Assembly: GCF_001194135.2 (NCBI RefSeq)
Contig: NC_068982.1
Location: 147,242,866 to 147,293,427 of the forward strand
DNA from: Octopus bimaculoides
Taxonomy: Eukaryota
Length of the DNA stretch: 50,562 nt
Direction: 5' to 3'
Shown piece after piece: positions 24,005 to 38,233 of this stretch. Numbering within the stretch: the first letter of the stretch is position 1; each line of letters opens with the position of its first letter. The translations under genes and the position numbers were made by a program. A model generated the notes under the pieces. That model worked only from the letters and a program-made list of their open reading frames with translations. It did no database searches and was not told the DNA's origin.

Positions 24005-24799
24005 TACATATATAAATTGATGCGTGTGTGCGCGTCAGCAGCCATTTATATGCATATATTCATATATCCATATACACATACATATGCATACATACTTATG
24101 TAAGAGCAATTGCATCATCGAGTGAACGACTACTGTTGTCACATAATAGATCAATTAGCCGACTTACACCATATATTTAGTCTAGCAATTAACTGGAATT
24201 CATTCATTCGATAGATATTGCAATACGCTGAAATATAATTCGGCAGCTTTCATCTTTCATAGCTTAAATATAGGCCAAGCTCTATCACTGAAAACCCGTT
24301 TCATTTATCCACGGTGAAATATACAATTTTGATTGCGTATACAGGCAAAGGACTTCATACAAAAGAATGTCTATGGATGTGTATACTTATGTATCAATAT
24401 GTATGAATTTACCTAGGAATATCGCTGTCTTCTCTATGTACAAACACACACACACGCACACATATATACACACACATACATATATATATATACACACACG
24501 ATCATATACACATACACATGCACACAAATACATGTATGCATATCTCTATATATACGTGTTTGCGTCTGTGTATGTGTGGATATGTATGTTGTGTACGCAT
24601 GTATAGGTATACACACACATATATCAAATAAGAATGTCGTGTTTCGCCTCTGTTTGCAAGTTAGCATATTTGTACTTACCTATAAATATGTGTTTAAACA
24701 TGTATATTTATCTCTTCAATATAAAATAATGCGTACGCGTGTATCCGAGAGAGTCTCTGTGTGTGAGTCTGCCCGCGCGCGTGTGCACCTGTTTGCGCA

Positions 24800-24841
<42 letters not shown>

Positions 24842-25220
24842 TGCGTGCGTGCGTGCGTGCGTGTGTTATATTGTTACAGTTGTTCAGATTCTGCTGTTCT
24901 GGTTGTTTAATATATTAGTGATAATTTGCAATATTCATCCAATTTTATAAAACTAATCTATCTTGATTTGTTTATCAAACAAAATTTCATTTACTCATAC
25001 AAGTAAAATCGTCTTTTGAAAGTAATCGACATAAATTTGCATTTCAATTACGCGCATGCATGCGCGCGCACACACAAACACACACACACATACATACAAC
25101 ATATACGCATGTATGTATCTATATACAAAACTTCATAAATGCATATAACGTATATTTATATATAAATGCGTGTACGTACGTATGTATGTATATATAAATG
25201 GATGAATAGATTTCAAAATT

Positions 25221-25276
<56 letters not shown>

Positions 25277-25717
25277 TATAGATAGATAGATAGTTAGATA
25301 GATAGATATTATTACAAATTAAAAGGGTAAAGGATTATCAATTTATTAATTAATAAATCAATTAACAATTAACAATTTTTACCAAGCCCATCGGTATGAA
25401 AGCACCATTATTGGTGGAGAACTTATTTAAAAGCTCATATATATTTATAAATATAATTAAGGGATCAGCAAATATTTGCTTCACCATATACCGAAGTTCA
25501 GAAATAGCAGCTAAAAAAGCTGAGAATCCCACAGATAGCATCACTTGTAACTCACAAAGGCAAAAACAAGAAGAAAAAAACAATGAAAAACTAACCAATT
25601 CCGATGTTTAACAGTAGACGCGTTTCTGGATCATGATTGATAATAATCAATTTCCTTCATCAATACTGTATTCCAGTAGTAAATTTGACTATGCTAGCAA
25701 ACTGTGCAAGCATGGAC

Positions 25718-25797
<80 letters not shown>
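25221..25797. repeat. Two (GATA)n tetranucleotide arrays (25221-25305 and 25718-25797)
   Basis: Read directly. Further GATA arrays lie at about 4126-4195, 6725-6750, 27840-27875 and (TATC)n at 47012-47050. Confidence 0.95.
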
Positions 25798-25798
<1 letters not shown>

Positions 25799-26170
25799 TG
25801 TGCTAAATCATTTTTTTTACTAAAAGCCGTTATTGACCTGGACCAGTACTGAGGCTTCGTTTTAAAGATTTTAGTCGACTATACAGAACTTCGAACAAAA
25901 CCTTTTACTTATTTCAGAGTTGTCTAACATTACGAAATATATATTGGCCGTTTTGGGTAAGATGTGATTAGAGAATACAGCTGTTTCAGTTCAAATGTAC
26001 CGGGTTTCGAAACAAGGTATATCCTTATCCAATATGTCATTGTTTTTCAAGAAGATAGGTTATGAACTGTGGAAATTGTGGTTGCTTTTCCGAGCGATTA
26101 CGTACAGGTTCTTCATTTGTTTATGTATTTAATGCTGTTTCGTGTAGATGGAAAATGGCGACTTCTAATA

Positions 26171-26375
26171 CTATCTATTCCTTTCTTCTCTAGTCACAAG
26201 GCCCGAAATTTGTGGGGAGGGGCCAGTGGATTAGATCGACCCCAGTAGGCAACTGGTACTTAATTTACCAACGCCGAAATGATGAAAGACAAAGTCGACC
26301 TCCGCGGAATTTGAACTCAGAACCTAAGGACAGACGAAATACCGCTAAGCATTTCGCCCGTTGTGTAATTCTATC
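26171..26375 (-). mobile_element. SINE of the 13139 family, reverse orientation
   Basis: Plus strand gatcgaccccagtaggcaactggtacttaattt...gatgaaagacaaagtcgacctccgcggaatttgaactcagaac...gacgaaataccgctaagcatttcgcccg is the reverse complement of the 13139 copy. Confidence 0.85.
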
Positions 26376-27693
26376 CCTTCTAACGAAGCCTGGACTCATT
26401 TTTGTACTTTAGGGCAATTGTTTATAGGAATGTTCTTTCACAAAATCTGCTCATACAGATTTTTGTTGTCAGAGTATATACCATTTTTAATATTATTATT
26501 TCTAAACAATAGTTTTCGTCTTTTGTGTATTTAATGACTTCTTGTCCTTGTTCAATGCTTAAAATGTCACATCATTTATAATTAATTTCTCCTAATTAAT
26601 TCATTTTCTCATTCTAATTAATTCATATTAGTTCGTATTCATGAAATTAATTCTCAGCAAACATAAGCGTGACACTTTAATGCATTAGATATACTGTAGA
26701 ATAGCCTGATAGCTAGTGATTAAGTGACCACACATTTAGTTGTCCAACTCATATGTGATGAAGAAGAACTCTCCATTTGCCCCTCATAGAACATTTATAT
26801 AGCTTTATCTAACACGAAGAGACGATAGATGCACTTTAGTTTAAACGGTTATATGGTCGACTTTTATATGATATGTTGAGTTGTTAATGTTTATTGGTGT
26901 GGTCTATTGGAGTAAGAGCTATAGCCCACGTAAATACGCTGTGGCCGTTGTGATCGGCATTTGCTAATGTTTCTCTGAAATACTTATAATGTCAGGACAG
27001 CAGGAAATACACGGGATCAGGAAGAAGTTTACAGAGAACTAATTTCCTTGGGTGTAAGAGATTAGTGATAGGATCTGTTCTTTATTCTGTCTTAGATTAA
27101 TGTTAGAATTTGAGTACACTACGTTACTGTATTAGACTACAATAATCTATCAGCTGGATGTCAAGTGAGCAATGAATTCATCTATAATCTTAATGTGATA
27201 TTATTTAATTCACTGCTACGAAACAGTGATTTGATTTGATATTTGGTGAGGTACAATTGTTAGTCTATTGCGGTTTTCCTATTATATATTAATATGTTAA
27301 TCTTCGTAAGCTTTCTATATACTTTAACAATATACATATAAACGCATTTGTATTTCAGTAACGATTAGTGGTAAATACAAGTGAGGAAATCTAAAAGACA
27401 TTTGCGATTTGAAATTGCCTACTAAAATATTTTTCTTATTAGGTTGTTTCCTTATAAAATCATATCTAAGTTACTGTCGCAGGGTATCGTATGATGCTTG
27501 TCAACGTCTTCGGAAGAACTGATATGATGTTGTTGTTATAAGTATTCAGGGCAAAGTCAGCTGTGATCGCATGATTCTCTAATATAAAATGAAAAGCATT
27601 CCATTTTTGAAAGAAGAATGTTATTTGAGATATATGCGGTAACTAGTTTTCGCATACACACATATACATATATACATAAACATACATGCATAC

Positions 27694-27741
<48 letters not shown>

Positions 27742-27840
27742 GTATACATGCATGTATGTATGTATGTATGTATGTATGTATGTATATATGTATCTTTGTA
27801 TGTATGTATATGTGGTATGAGGGGGTGTAAATGCGTGTAC

Positions 27841-27876
<36 letters not shown>

Positions 27877-28345
27877 TTATCGCAGGGAATAGTAATATTA
27901 AGTCTGTGAACTGTCAAACCACACAGTACGGATAACTCCAAAATGAAATCTCTACTGTCTTTTGAATGTCTTCTAAACGAAAAGTTAAGGAGAAAGTATT
28001 CTGAAAAAAGAAAAAAAAAAATGAAGACTCGCGCTTCAAATTATTTCTGGTCATCTTTCTTTTACCTATCAATAGATATTTGGATATGGATACTCAAAGA
28101 GCGGTATGCGTGTTATGTAAGCTATAATTCAACGATGTAGAGTTATCTCCTCATCACATTCAATTAGTTTCTTTTAAATGTCTTTGAGTGACTGAGCAAT
28201 GACTAATGAGCCATTTATCATCTAACAGGAAATAATTATCATGTGTGTATAGGTGTATGTGCGAGTGTGTGTTAACATTTGTAAACGTATATTTCGAGGC
28301 ATAAATATAGATTTACTCATTATTACAAATGGATTATGAAAAGTA

Positions 28346-28374
28346 TTTATTGCAAAATTAAGGATTGATTTATT
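28346..28374 (-). terminator. Candidate polyadenylation signals of the Sp gene
   Basis: Two minus-strand AATAAA hexamers (28346-28351 and 28369-28374), about 190-210 nt past the stop; another at 28543-28548. Such hexamers are common in AT-rich DNA, so usage is unproven. Confidence 0.35.
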
Positions 28375-28558
28375 GAAAAACAGTGAACTTCACATTCACA
28401 TTACAGAAAATATTATTCATATCTACGAAATACTTTAAAGTATTTAAAATTAAAATTTCAGTATCCAGTAGTATTAAATATGTATCAGTGTCTTTGATTT
28501 ACATGCTTTTAAAGTTCATGCTTGATTAGACGTGATCGAAATTTTATTTCGAGATTAT

Positions 28559-29830
28559 TTAATTCTTGCTCATTACTGTGGCTTGCGGGTAGTTTGTAAC
28601 GATTTGTGTTGGTTGCATTCCTCCGTCTGATTCACTACCGGAGTCTCCACCACTTATGTTGCCTTGTTGGTCACCGATACATGTTCTAGAACTGTGGATC
28701 TTTATGTGTTTACTGAGATGATCGCTCCGTGTAAATCGCCTATTGCACATAGGACATGTAAATCTCTTTTCGCCAGTATGAGTACGGAAATGGCGCTGAA
28801 GCTCATCAGATCTCGAGAATCTCTTCCCACAAAAGAGCCAGTTACAAACGAACGGACGCTCACCTGTATGCCAACGAAGATGAGCTTTCAAGTGTGAAGA
28901 TTTGCTGTAAACTTTACCACATCCTGGTACATGACAGTTGTGAATTAATGGTTTTTTCAAATGTTCTGTTGATATTCCATGTTTGCTAAATTCTTGGCAA
29001 TTAGGACATTCGCAAATAGATCGGCGAGCTAACTGTCGACGATGCGAATGCGTGTATGTACCTTCTGGGTTGTGTTTTCCGTTTAAGTAGGAACTAAGTG
29101 AGACGGGATATGAAAACTGATTGGACATATGCATCATGGCTGTTGAACTACAAAATCCTGAGAAAAGCTGATGACCTATTTGGTGACTTGATGAAAAATA
29201 AATGTCTGGAAATGTATTGACCAGCGAATCTAAATTTTGGTAATTTCTTGTTTGTTGATGACAGGGCAAATGGTTGCCATAATTATTTGGTGTTACACAG
29301 AACCTATTTCCTCCGGAAGTTGCAATAACCTCTGCCGTACTGTACCAATTTTGAGAGGACTTGTGTAATTGGAGCCAAGTCGAATGCGATATACCAGCAT
29401 TTATATCCATAGGCGTTTTCAAATCAGAAGTTGCATTACCAAATATCCCAAACGGCATTGTGTCAGGAACTCTCTTATAAACATTTTGTCCGTGGCAAAT
29501 AGAATTCTGAGAAGATTTAGTGTCACTGTTTAAAACTGCTGCGTCATCCAACTTTAATGACCGGTTCGAATTCGCCACGGGCCCTGCTGTGGTACTAGTA
29601 AGAAATATCGAACTGAACATATTTTCGTAAGACGATGCTGCTGCAATAGCAGCTGCAGCAGCCGCTGCTGCTGTGGTAGTGGCAGCAGTTGCTGCAGCGG
29701 CACTGAGAGAATCGATGTCGGATGTTAACGTAGAGGCATATTCTGATGTGGTTGTAGAACAAGCTTGTGAAGTGGGGGTAGATAAAAGAGCAGAGGAGTT
29801 ACCTACACTGAGAGGAGAATGAAAGGACAT
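28559..29830 (-). CDS. Sp6-9: Sp-family (specificity protein) C2H2 zinc-finger transcription factor, Sp6-9 (Sp8/Sp9-like) subfamily, divergent copy, 423 aa, uninterrupted ORF
   Basis: Intact ORF. Buttonhead box [12 protein letters not shown] (about 28991-29026) resembles the Sp6-9 form RATCDCPNCQE rather than the Sp5/btd form RCRCPNC. Three fingers at 28694-28942: [73 protein letters not shown], with TGERP and TGEKR linkers. Ser/Thr-rich N-terminus with a poly-Ala tract. An in-frame TAA lies about 66 nt upstream of the ATG; an upstream coding exon cannot be excluded. Confidence 0.93.
   Translation of the reverse strand: MSFHSPLSVGNSSALLSTPTSQACSTTTSEYASTLTSDIDSLSAAAATAATTTAAAAAAAAIAAASSYENMFSSIFLTSTTAGPVANSNRSLKLDDAAVLNSDTKSSQNSICHGQNVYKRVPDTMPFGIFGNATSDLKTPMDINAGISHSTWLQLHKSSQNWYSTAEVIATSGGNRFCVTPNNYGNHLPCHQQTRNYQNLDSLVNTFPDIYFSSSHQIGHQLFSGFCSSTAMMHMSNQFSYPVSLSSYLNGKHNPEGTYTHSHRRQLARRSICECPNCQEFSKHGISTEHLKKPLIHNCHVPGCGKVYSKSSHLKAHLRWHTGERPFVCNWLFCGKRFSRSDELQRHFRTHTGEKRFTCPMCNRRFTRSDHLSKHIKIHSSRTCIGDQQGNISGGDSGSESDGGMQPTQIVTNYPQATVMSKN
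29636..29701 (-). repeat. Poly-alanine/threonine coding tract in the Sp N-terminus
   Basis: Residues 44-65, [22 protein letters not shown], encoded by mixed GCN codons. Confidence 0.9.
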
Positions 29831-30405
29831 ATTCGTCTGTTCTTTAAACTGGTTGATTGATTGACTGATTGACTGACTGATTGATTGATGTAGTAATTAC
29901 TGGACACTGATACTACTTAATTATGGCGAATGGCGAGTTACACCAACTCTACGTTCTTAGACGATCAGAAGTAACAAAAAATTATAACTTTGTACAACTT
30001 AAAGGCAAAAATGTTACTTTTTTGTTCACATTACGTGTATTGTTTAAATCTTCCTTTTATTTATCATGTTGTGGGAATTGATCATTAGTAGTTCTTGTTC
30101 ATATTACTGTTGCTGCTATTGTTGTTATTGTTGTTGATGAGGTTCTCGTTGTTGTTACTGTCATAGAGAATGATGAGAGCTATACAGTCAGTAATATCAT
30201 CGATAGCTGCAAGCAAATTCAATTCAGCGTTGTTGCAATAGACACCGTGGGATACTAAATGTCATATATTTCTGCTTTCGACTTCACATTTCTTAATGTC
30301 GAAGATCTTACTGTTATTGTTCTTGCTGAGGTGTTTGTTGATGCGTGTGTCTGTGTGTATGTGTCTATGTATTTGCGTCAGTGTGTGTATGCATAAATGT
30401 ATGTT

Positions 30406-30438
<33 letters not shown>

Positions 30439-32427
30439 ATCTATGTCTGTGTGCGCATGTGTTTGTGTATGCGCGTATGAGAGTATGTATGAGTATGGTA
30501 GTGTGATGCGAATGTGCATGCGCGTGTTTGTATATGTGTGTGTGTATCTATGCGCGCGCATGTGTGTGTATGAGTATCTATGTATGTGTGTGCGTGTGTG
30601 TGTGTTTGTGTTGCTTCTCAAATAGCCGACTTGGAAACAATAAGCTGGTGTCCTAAATATTCTTCATAGAGTTAATGAGTTAAATTGGGTTGTTTTTTAT
30701 CATTTACCGTTTACTATTATCATTGTGATACTATTGTTTTCTGTATCTTTTCCTGTATATATTTTGTGTTGTTTTACCGAATCACTCTTGTTATTGTCTT
30801 TGCCGTCGTATCTAACTCTGGCTTGATTCTCTAATACATTAATTATAGAGTAATGTTATCCTTATTGCTACTCCTCTTCTACTATTAACGTCCATCAAAA
30901 CATTGCTGGGATTATTTTCCTTGCTTGTGCTGGTGTTCTGGCGATGGCGATTAAATGATTCTTTTTTCTTAAGTATAATGTTAGACATACATTTGTAAGT
31001 GTTGTTCATGAAAATGGAGATACATCTCATGTCGGCGCTCTGACAGATGCATTAAGGTTATAAAGTTCCCTTTTTTTGTTTCCTTTTATGCAGAATGAAG
31101 ATATGCTGATCTCCTGCAAATTATAAAAAAAAAAGAAAGCATTAACTAAATACAATGCTGCATTATATGTATATATACACTGACATACACTTTCAATACA
31201 ATACATATAAACACACACGCGTATATATATATATATATATATATATACGAATATAAGGGAACACATTCTATGAGTGCTTCATTGAATACATGACTGTGTT
31301 AAAGCTTTATTTTTTATATATTTTAGATATATCGCATTTTCGTGTTTGTTGTTTTTACCCTTGGCTTGGAACAATATATTTCCCAAGCCCATATTCGACG
31401 TTTCCAGAGCTTCACAGTCGTATTTGCAATAATTGCATATATATGATATCTGTATTCTTCCTATACACTGATTGAATTCATGTAAACTTTCTCTCAAAAT
31501 CTTTTGACTACTAGTTTCAGGCATCGATACTCTTATGTACATTTTTGTGATGTGTGTGCGTGTTAATTTTGGCATTGCATAGTTATAAGTGTATGGTTTC
31601 CATTATTAATCTTCTCTATTTTTGTGTGGAAATTTATACAGTATATGAATATTTTCCTCAAGTATTTTCCTACCTAATTTCGTTTGTACTGTATGATGTA
31701 ATACTGTACAATAGCTCTACGTTACAAATGTTGAGCTTACGTGAGTGTGCTGTAATTGTCTGTAACTGCCCAGATATTATAGTAGCGTTGCAATTGCAAC
31801 GGTTAGTAATCGGTGCATTTGAAACATGTGTAGATCTATGTAAAGCTGTATATATAAAAAGGAATTAAATGTAAAGCTTTGCCACTTTGGTATAATCCTT
31901 ATTATTGTCATTGTTTATATATATATATATATATAAAGATAGAGAGAGAGAAAGAGAGGGGGAGAATTATGCCGATAAACAACTTAGATATCAAATATAT
32001 TAAATTTATTAAATGCATCAAATACAAAATGTGTATATTTGTATACATGTAAAACGAAGGAAAGCAAAAGGTGGACACTTTCAGATAATGATTTTTTATG
32101 TATAAATATATAGACGTTTATATTAATAGGTCTAACTTACAAAGAGTATAAAGGACGGTAAGAAAGTTGCTTGAAGTCCAGCAGCTGTTTCTGAGGACTC
32201 TGCGATCCATAAAAATATTGGTAGATTTACTTCATCACAATATGCAATCGCATGGATGCAATTAACATTGGATCAGACGAGCTACCGTCATCAGGGCAGA
32301 GAAGATTTAATTTTTTACATATTAGAGTCAAATTTGAATCTTTTGAGCACTACCACGTGTCTTCTATACGGAGAATCTCTGGATCTCATCTGTAAACTAT
32401 ATATGTATAGTTTTATATGTATGTATA

Positions 32428-32461
<34 letters not shown>

Positions 32462-32601
32462 CATCTATAACTATACGTAGGTGCATAAACAGCAAACAGG
32501 TGTATTAGTTTTACGCTCGGGAAGGTGTGAAAGTCTTTTACGTCTCAAGCCTATGCTCTTCAGCAGAAAGGAACACAGGAAAATAAACAGAGAAGAATTA
32601 T

Positions 32602-33417
<816 letters not shown>

Positions 33418-33564
33418 TTCATTTAAGCGTAATGAGTACACGGTATGTGTTGGAAAGTTGAAAAATTATACATCCATATATGCATACATACATCTATATC
33501 TATGTATATATATATATATATATATGTATAAATATATATAGACATACACGCACACACACGTACA

Positions 33565-33598
<34 letters not shown>

Positions 33599-33878
33599 AG
33601 AATATATATACTTATATATATTATTATGCGTGTTTATATGTATGAAATAGACCGATATTTTAAATATGAAAAATGGATTGTAGTTTCAGGGTATCAGGAA
33701 TTTAATTATTAGAATTAGATATGTTGTGGTGTGAGGTATGTGCAGAGAGGGAAAACGAAAGAAAGTGTGAGCGATTAAAACTGAATATCAGTGAGAAGTT
33801 GATTACAATGTCCATTCGAGATACATACATACGCGAATATATATATATACACACACATATACATAAATACTGTACATA

Positions 33879-33925
<47 letters not shown>

Positions 33926-33935
33926 CTGTCTGTGA

Positions 33936-34003
<68 letters not shown>

Positions 34004-37000
34004 TACACATAAACATATGTGATGTATGCAAATGAAAATGTAAGCATAATGTTGCACAGGCGAGCTGAAATATTTTTGTTTATATATAATTATTTTTGGC
34101 GAATAACTTTTCAGACTTTAATTAAATTTTCCCACTCACTAAGTCTGTTCATATATGATTTTAAATAAAGAAAACTTACTAAATATTAAAACAGGGCTTT
34201 GAATATAATGCTTTGCATCGTAAATACCTGTTTGTCGTGTAAGTCTCATGGCTGACTTATTGGCTAGGAAGACATGGTTTTATATTTGTTACGAATGTTT
34301 CCTTTCGCTAATTAATCCAGAGTGTTATCAACATAAAATCGTTTGAAAGGAAACCTATCCTGGATCGGCATATTCCAATTCCAGTCAAGCAGAAATTATT
34401 GAGCATGATATACAAAACACTGTTTTGATTCTCATCGTTCACAATGCACAAGATGATTTGTTCTATGTGATACTTTTCTGTTATTTAACAGTTCGAAACG
34501 ATATATCAATATATATTGCTAAGCTGATTCTCATGGGGCACTAAAAATTCGAGTTTTGGCTGTGTATTTTTTATGCTATGGTCTTATTAAGAAATGGGCT
34601 CATACGTTGTTGGTGATTCTTCTAGAGATAAGAGACACATTTCCCTAGCGATACACACTATCCTCTTAGAAAACCTTGTTTATTGTGTCTGATACATTCA
34701 TGAATAACCTGTACTTTTAACATGAATTGAGGATCAAAAATTAGATTCATTGACCGAACAGGGAGTTCTTTCATTAGCTCAATTATTCCTGAGAGGAGAC
34801 CGTTTCATTGACATTGTTAGTTGTTATGGTTTAATTACAGGATAGCATTAACTGACTATATCTATGATCAAAAGCATCCACACCATGATCATACTGTCTT
34901 CGTTTAGTACTAGTGAGTGGAACAAACTCATATAGACTGTAACTATAAATGAGTAAAAATTGGGACAACTTGAAAGTGTTGTTGTTTCGTCCCAAGTCTG
35001 ACGTGATAGAGTATACCTATGTTCAAGGACATTCTAACCTTGTCCATCTCATCGTTATTCTTTATCCTTCTTTCATCATGGCAGGCCAGCGTTCCAAATG
35101 ATGTAGCTGTTGTTTCTAGAAGATCAAGAGTCTACGTAGTTACACCCATTGTTTCGTTTTTGTTTCATTTTTGACTGCTATAGACATTACATTCTATATT
35201 TTCATCATGAGCAATCAGGGTTACCTGACATTTCTCACACTGGAAATATTCGTATCTATAATTTTACCACCTTCTCTAGTACAATATAGTTCAAAATTGC
35301 TACGAAGCTTATAAAATTTTATATAACTATTGCCATAACGAATACAGAAAAGAAATGACATCAATATTAGGTTAGAAAGAGACTGCAACAGAATATTTTA
35401 AAGTTTTATGCATGCGACATTTATTTATTTATTTTATGTGATACATTTAACTTTATTTGAGTCATCCATTAAGTGACTGTTGTTTACAATAACATGTGTT
35501 GGGATATAGTAATAAATCCTGTTTTATAGAGTCTGAAAATAATATCATTCTAAAATAATATACATGTATAACTTCAATAATGTTTGCTATAAAAATATAG
35601 CAAGGAAGAACTAACTATTAAATAGTCAAGAATTATTAACATGAAAGAATATTATCACATCTAGTCAAGGTTGATAAAAATATAGAACCTTTACAACGCT
35701 GTTCAAATGATTTTCTTGGAAAACAGATTATTAATTTGACTTAATTTCATCAAAAATCTAGACAGGCTCTTAACTGATCTCATTCTAATATCGTTCATGG
35801 CATTTTCGAGATTATTCATAATGACAATGAGGAAAACAAAGTATTAATGGAATATGTATACGCTGCATACAAAGTATTAGCGAAAGAATTTGAAATATTT
35901 ATGTGCAAATAATTACTAAAGCTTCATTTCTATATATTTGTCTGTGATATAAAGTGCTGTACTCATATAATGTAGAAAGCAAAAAGCATTTCATTGTTTT
36001 CATATATATAATAAATAGGACATTGCTTTTTACAGATATATTTCATCCATTTGAAAGTCTTTTCAGAAATTCAGCTTTAAATTTAACCACTTCAATGCTT
36101 TCTTGTCTTTTTCATTGGTTGCGAGCTCCCATACTGTTGGATATTGAAATAATTATTTTAAAAATCATACGTAAATGCAAACATATATAAATCCTTATAT
36201 ACACTTAAATTTGAATATAAATCCACACATTCCTTTTAAATTTACAAACAAAAGAATATCAAAACAATTCCTTTTCTGTTTTTACGTTTTGCAAGCAAAT
36301 ATATAATTTACTTGTAAATTAAAAAAATAAAACATTTTACATCAAAATATCACTAACAATTTAATAACATGCATTTTGTTGCTAATCGATTATCTGCCAC
36401 TAGCTGTTGATTTTGTTCTTCATTCTCTCACAATTCTCTCAAAAATATGAAATCTTCTGGCTATACCTTATGTTGAAGTTTGCTTAATACAATGCAAGTT
36501 ATGAATCGATAAACGGTAATTTTTTTTTATTTCCTATTCTGTCTTTTTGCTTTCCTCTATCAATAACATATATATTTATTTTCTATAAATTTTCAAATGA
36601 CTATTCACAGAGAAAATTCATTTGTCAGGGGTTTTTTTTTATTATTTATTTACTACGTAACCACGAATGTATGAACAGGTATACGTGTTAAAAATCATAC
36701 AGGAGCGCGCACGCACACACACATACATGCAAACACACACACACAGATACACACGAAAACACACACACACACCTATACACACTCTCTCACATACACACGT
36801 ACATACAGACACAGTAGATCACGTCGTTCAAAGATAAAAGAGCTCATAAACACACATGTGTACAGATTGAGGGAGAGAAATTAATAAATAAATGAAGAGA
36901 TAGAGCCGTGGCTCTATCTCTTCATTTATACAGCTGTATACATATATATATGTGTGTGTGTATGAATGCGTGTATGTAAGTATGTTTGTATTTATGGAAA

Positions 37001-37392
37001 TATGCATTTATGTACGTATGTATATGCATATATATGCACACGCATACACATATACGCGTATCTCTGAGTAGTGGTAGTGTGATTATATAGAGAAAATAGG
37101 CGCTTGTATATATGTTGAGAGTATAGTTTTTACGTTTGTAAGCATGAACAGATATATGCATATTCCCTGTTGATTTCTCCTGGCAGGCCACAAGTTGTGC
37201 TCAGTTTGACTGCATTAATGTGGACACCAAAAGGAAGAAAATATGAAGATGATCGGTCCGAGAGCACATGGCACTTTCAATATTCCAGAGACATCAAAAC
37301 CAATAAGCCCCAGTGAGATAAAAATGGAAATAACGGCGATGAACTGACACTGATGGCGGAAGCTTGCTGATTTATCATTATTATCATTATTT

Positions 37393-37752
37393 CTCCGCCT
37401 TAGCGAAGGCGGAGATTTTGTTTACAGTCGTATTTGTTTGTTTGTCCGTGGACAAGATATCTCAAGAACCGCTGAATGAATTCGGATGAAACTTTCAGTG
37501 ATGTCTGGCCTCGTAATTAGTACGAACTGATTGGTTTTTGGTATCGATCCGGTGCCGGACAAGAAACCTGGATTATTTTTCTAGTTTCTTAACTTAATTT
37601 TTGAGAGCAGTCGGGTTCATTTTTAGTATTCTAGTTTGTGAGAGTAGACGAGTTTATTTCAGATATTCTCATTTCAAAAATAATCTCTGGCTAATCGTTG
37701 AGAGGAGGTTGGTGTTGCCGGCAGAGGTTTGCGCTCTCCGAGTGCTCTTGAT
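37393..37752 (+). mobile_element. Helentron-associated non-autonomous element (HINE/DINE-1-like)
   Basis: 5' perfect palindrome CTCCGCCTT-agcg-AAGGCGGAG (37393-37414), short (TTTG)n run, 3' subterminal GGCAGAG (partial complement of CTCCGCC), then hairpin GCGCTC-tcc-GAGTGC (37731-37745) and a T-rich end. This is the typical HINE layout. Confidence 0.75.
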
Positions 37753-38233
37753 ACTATATATTGTATTTCTCACAGATCTCGATCTTACTCAAGTTAATTC
37801 TGTGATAGCTGACAGAGGCCTGTTGACAAAAGTCTCACTGGGTTTCTCAGGGTCTCTTTCCACGAATTAAAAGAGTTGGTACATAAATGTTAAGTATCTT
37901 GGGAAATACTCAACACCAAAATACCAAACTCCAAATCCTCGCTGTGTCTTAATANNNNNNNNNNNNNNNNNNNNNNNNNNNNNNNNNNNNNNNNNNNNNN
38001 NNNNNNNNNNNNNNNNNNNNNNNNNNNNNNNNNNNNNNNNNNNNNNNNNNNNNNNNNNNNNNNNNNNNNNNNNNNNNNNNNNNNNNNNNNNNNNNNNNNN
38101 NNNNNNNNNNNNNNNNNNNNNNNNNNNNNNNNNNNNNNNNNNNNNNNNNNNNNNNNNNNNNNNNNNNNNNNNNNNNNNNNNNNNNNNNNNNNNNNNNNNN
38201 NNNNNNNNNNNNNNNNNNNNNNNNNNNNNNNNN

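Noticed and set aside
28664-28897. 77-aa plus-strand ORF overlapping the zinc fingers
   Set aside because: Antisense shadow of the Sp coding sequence with no recognisable motif.
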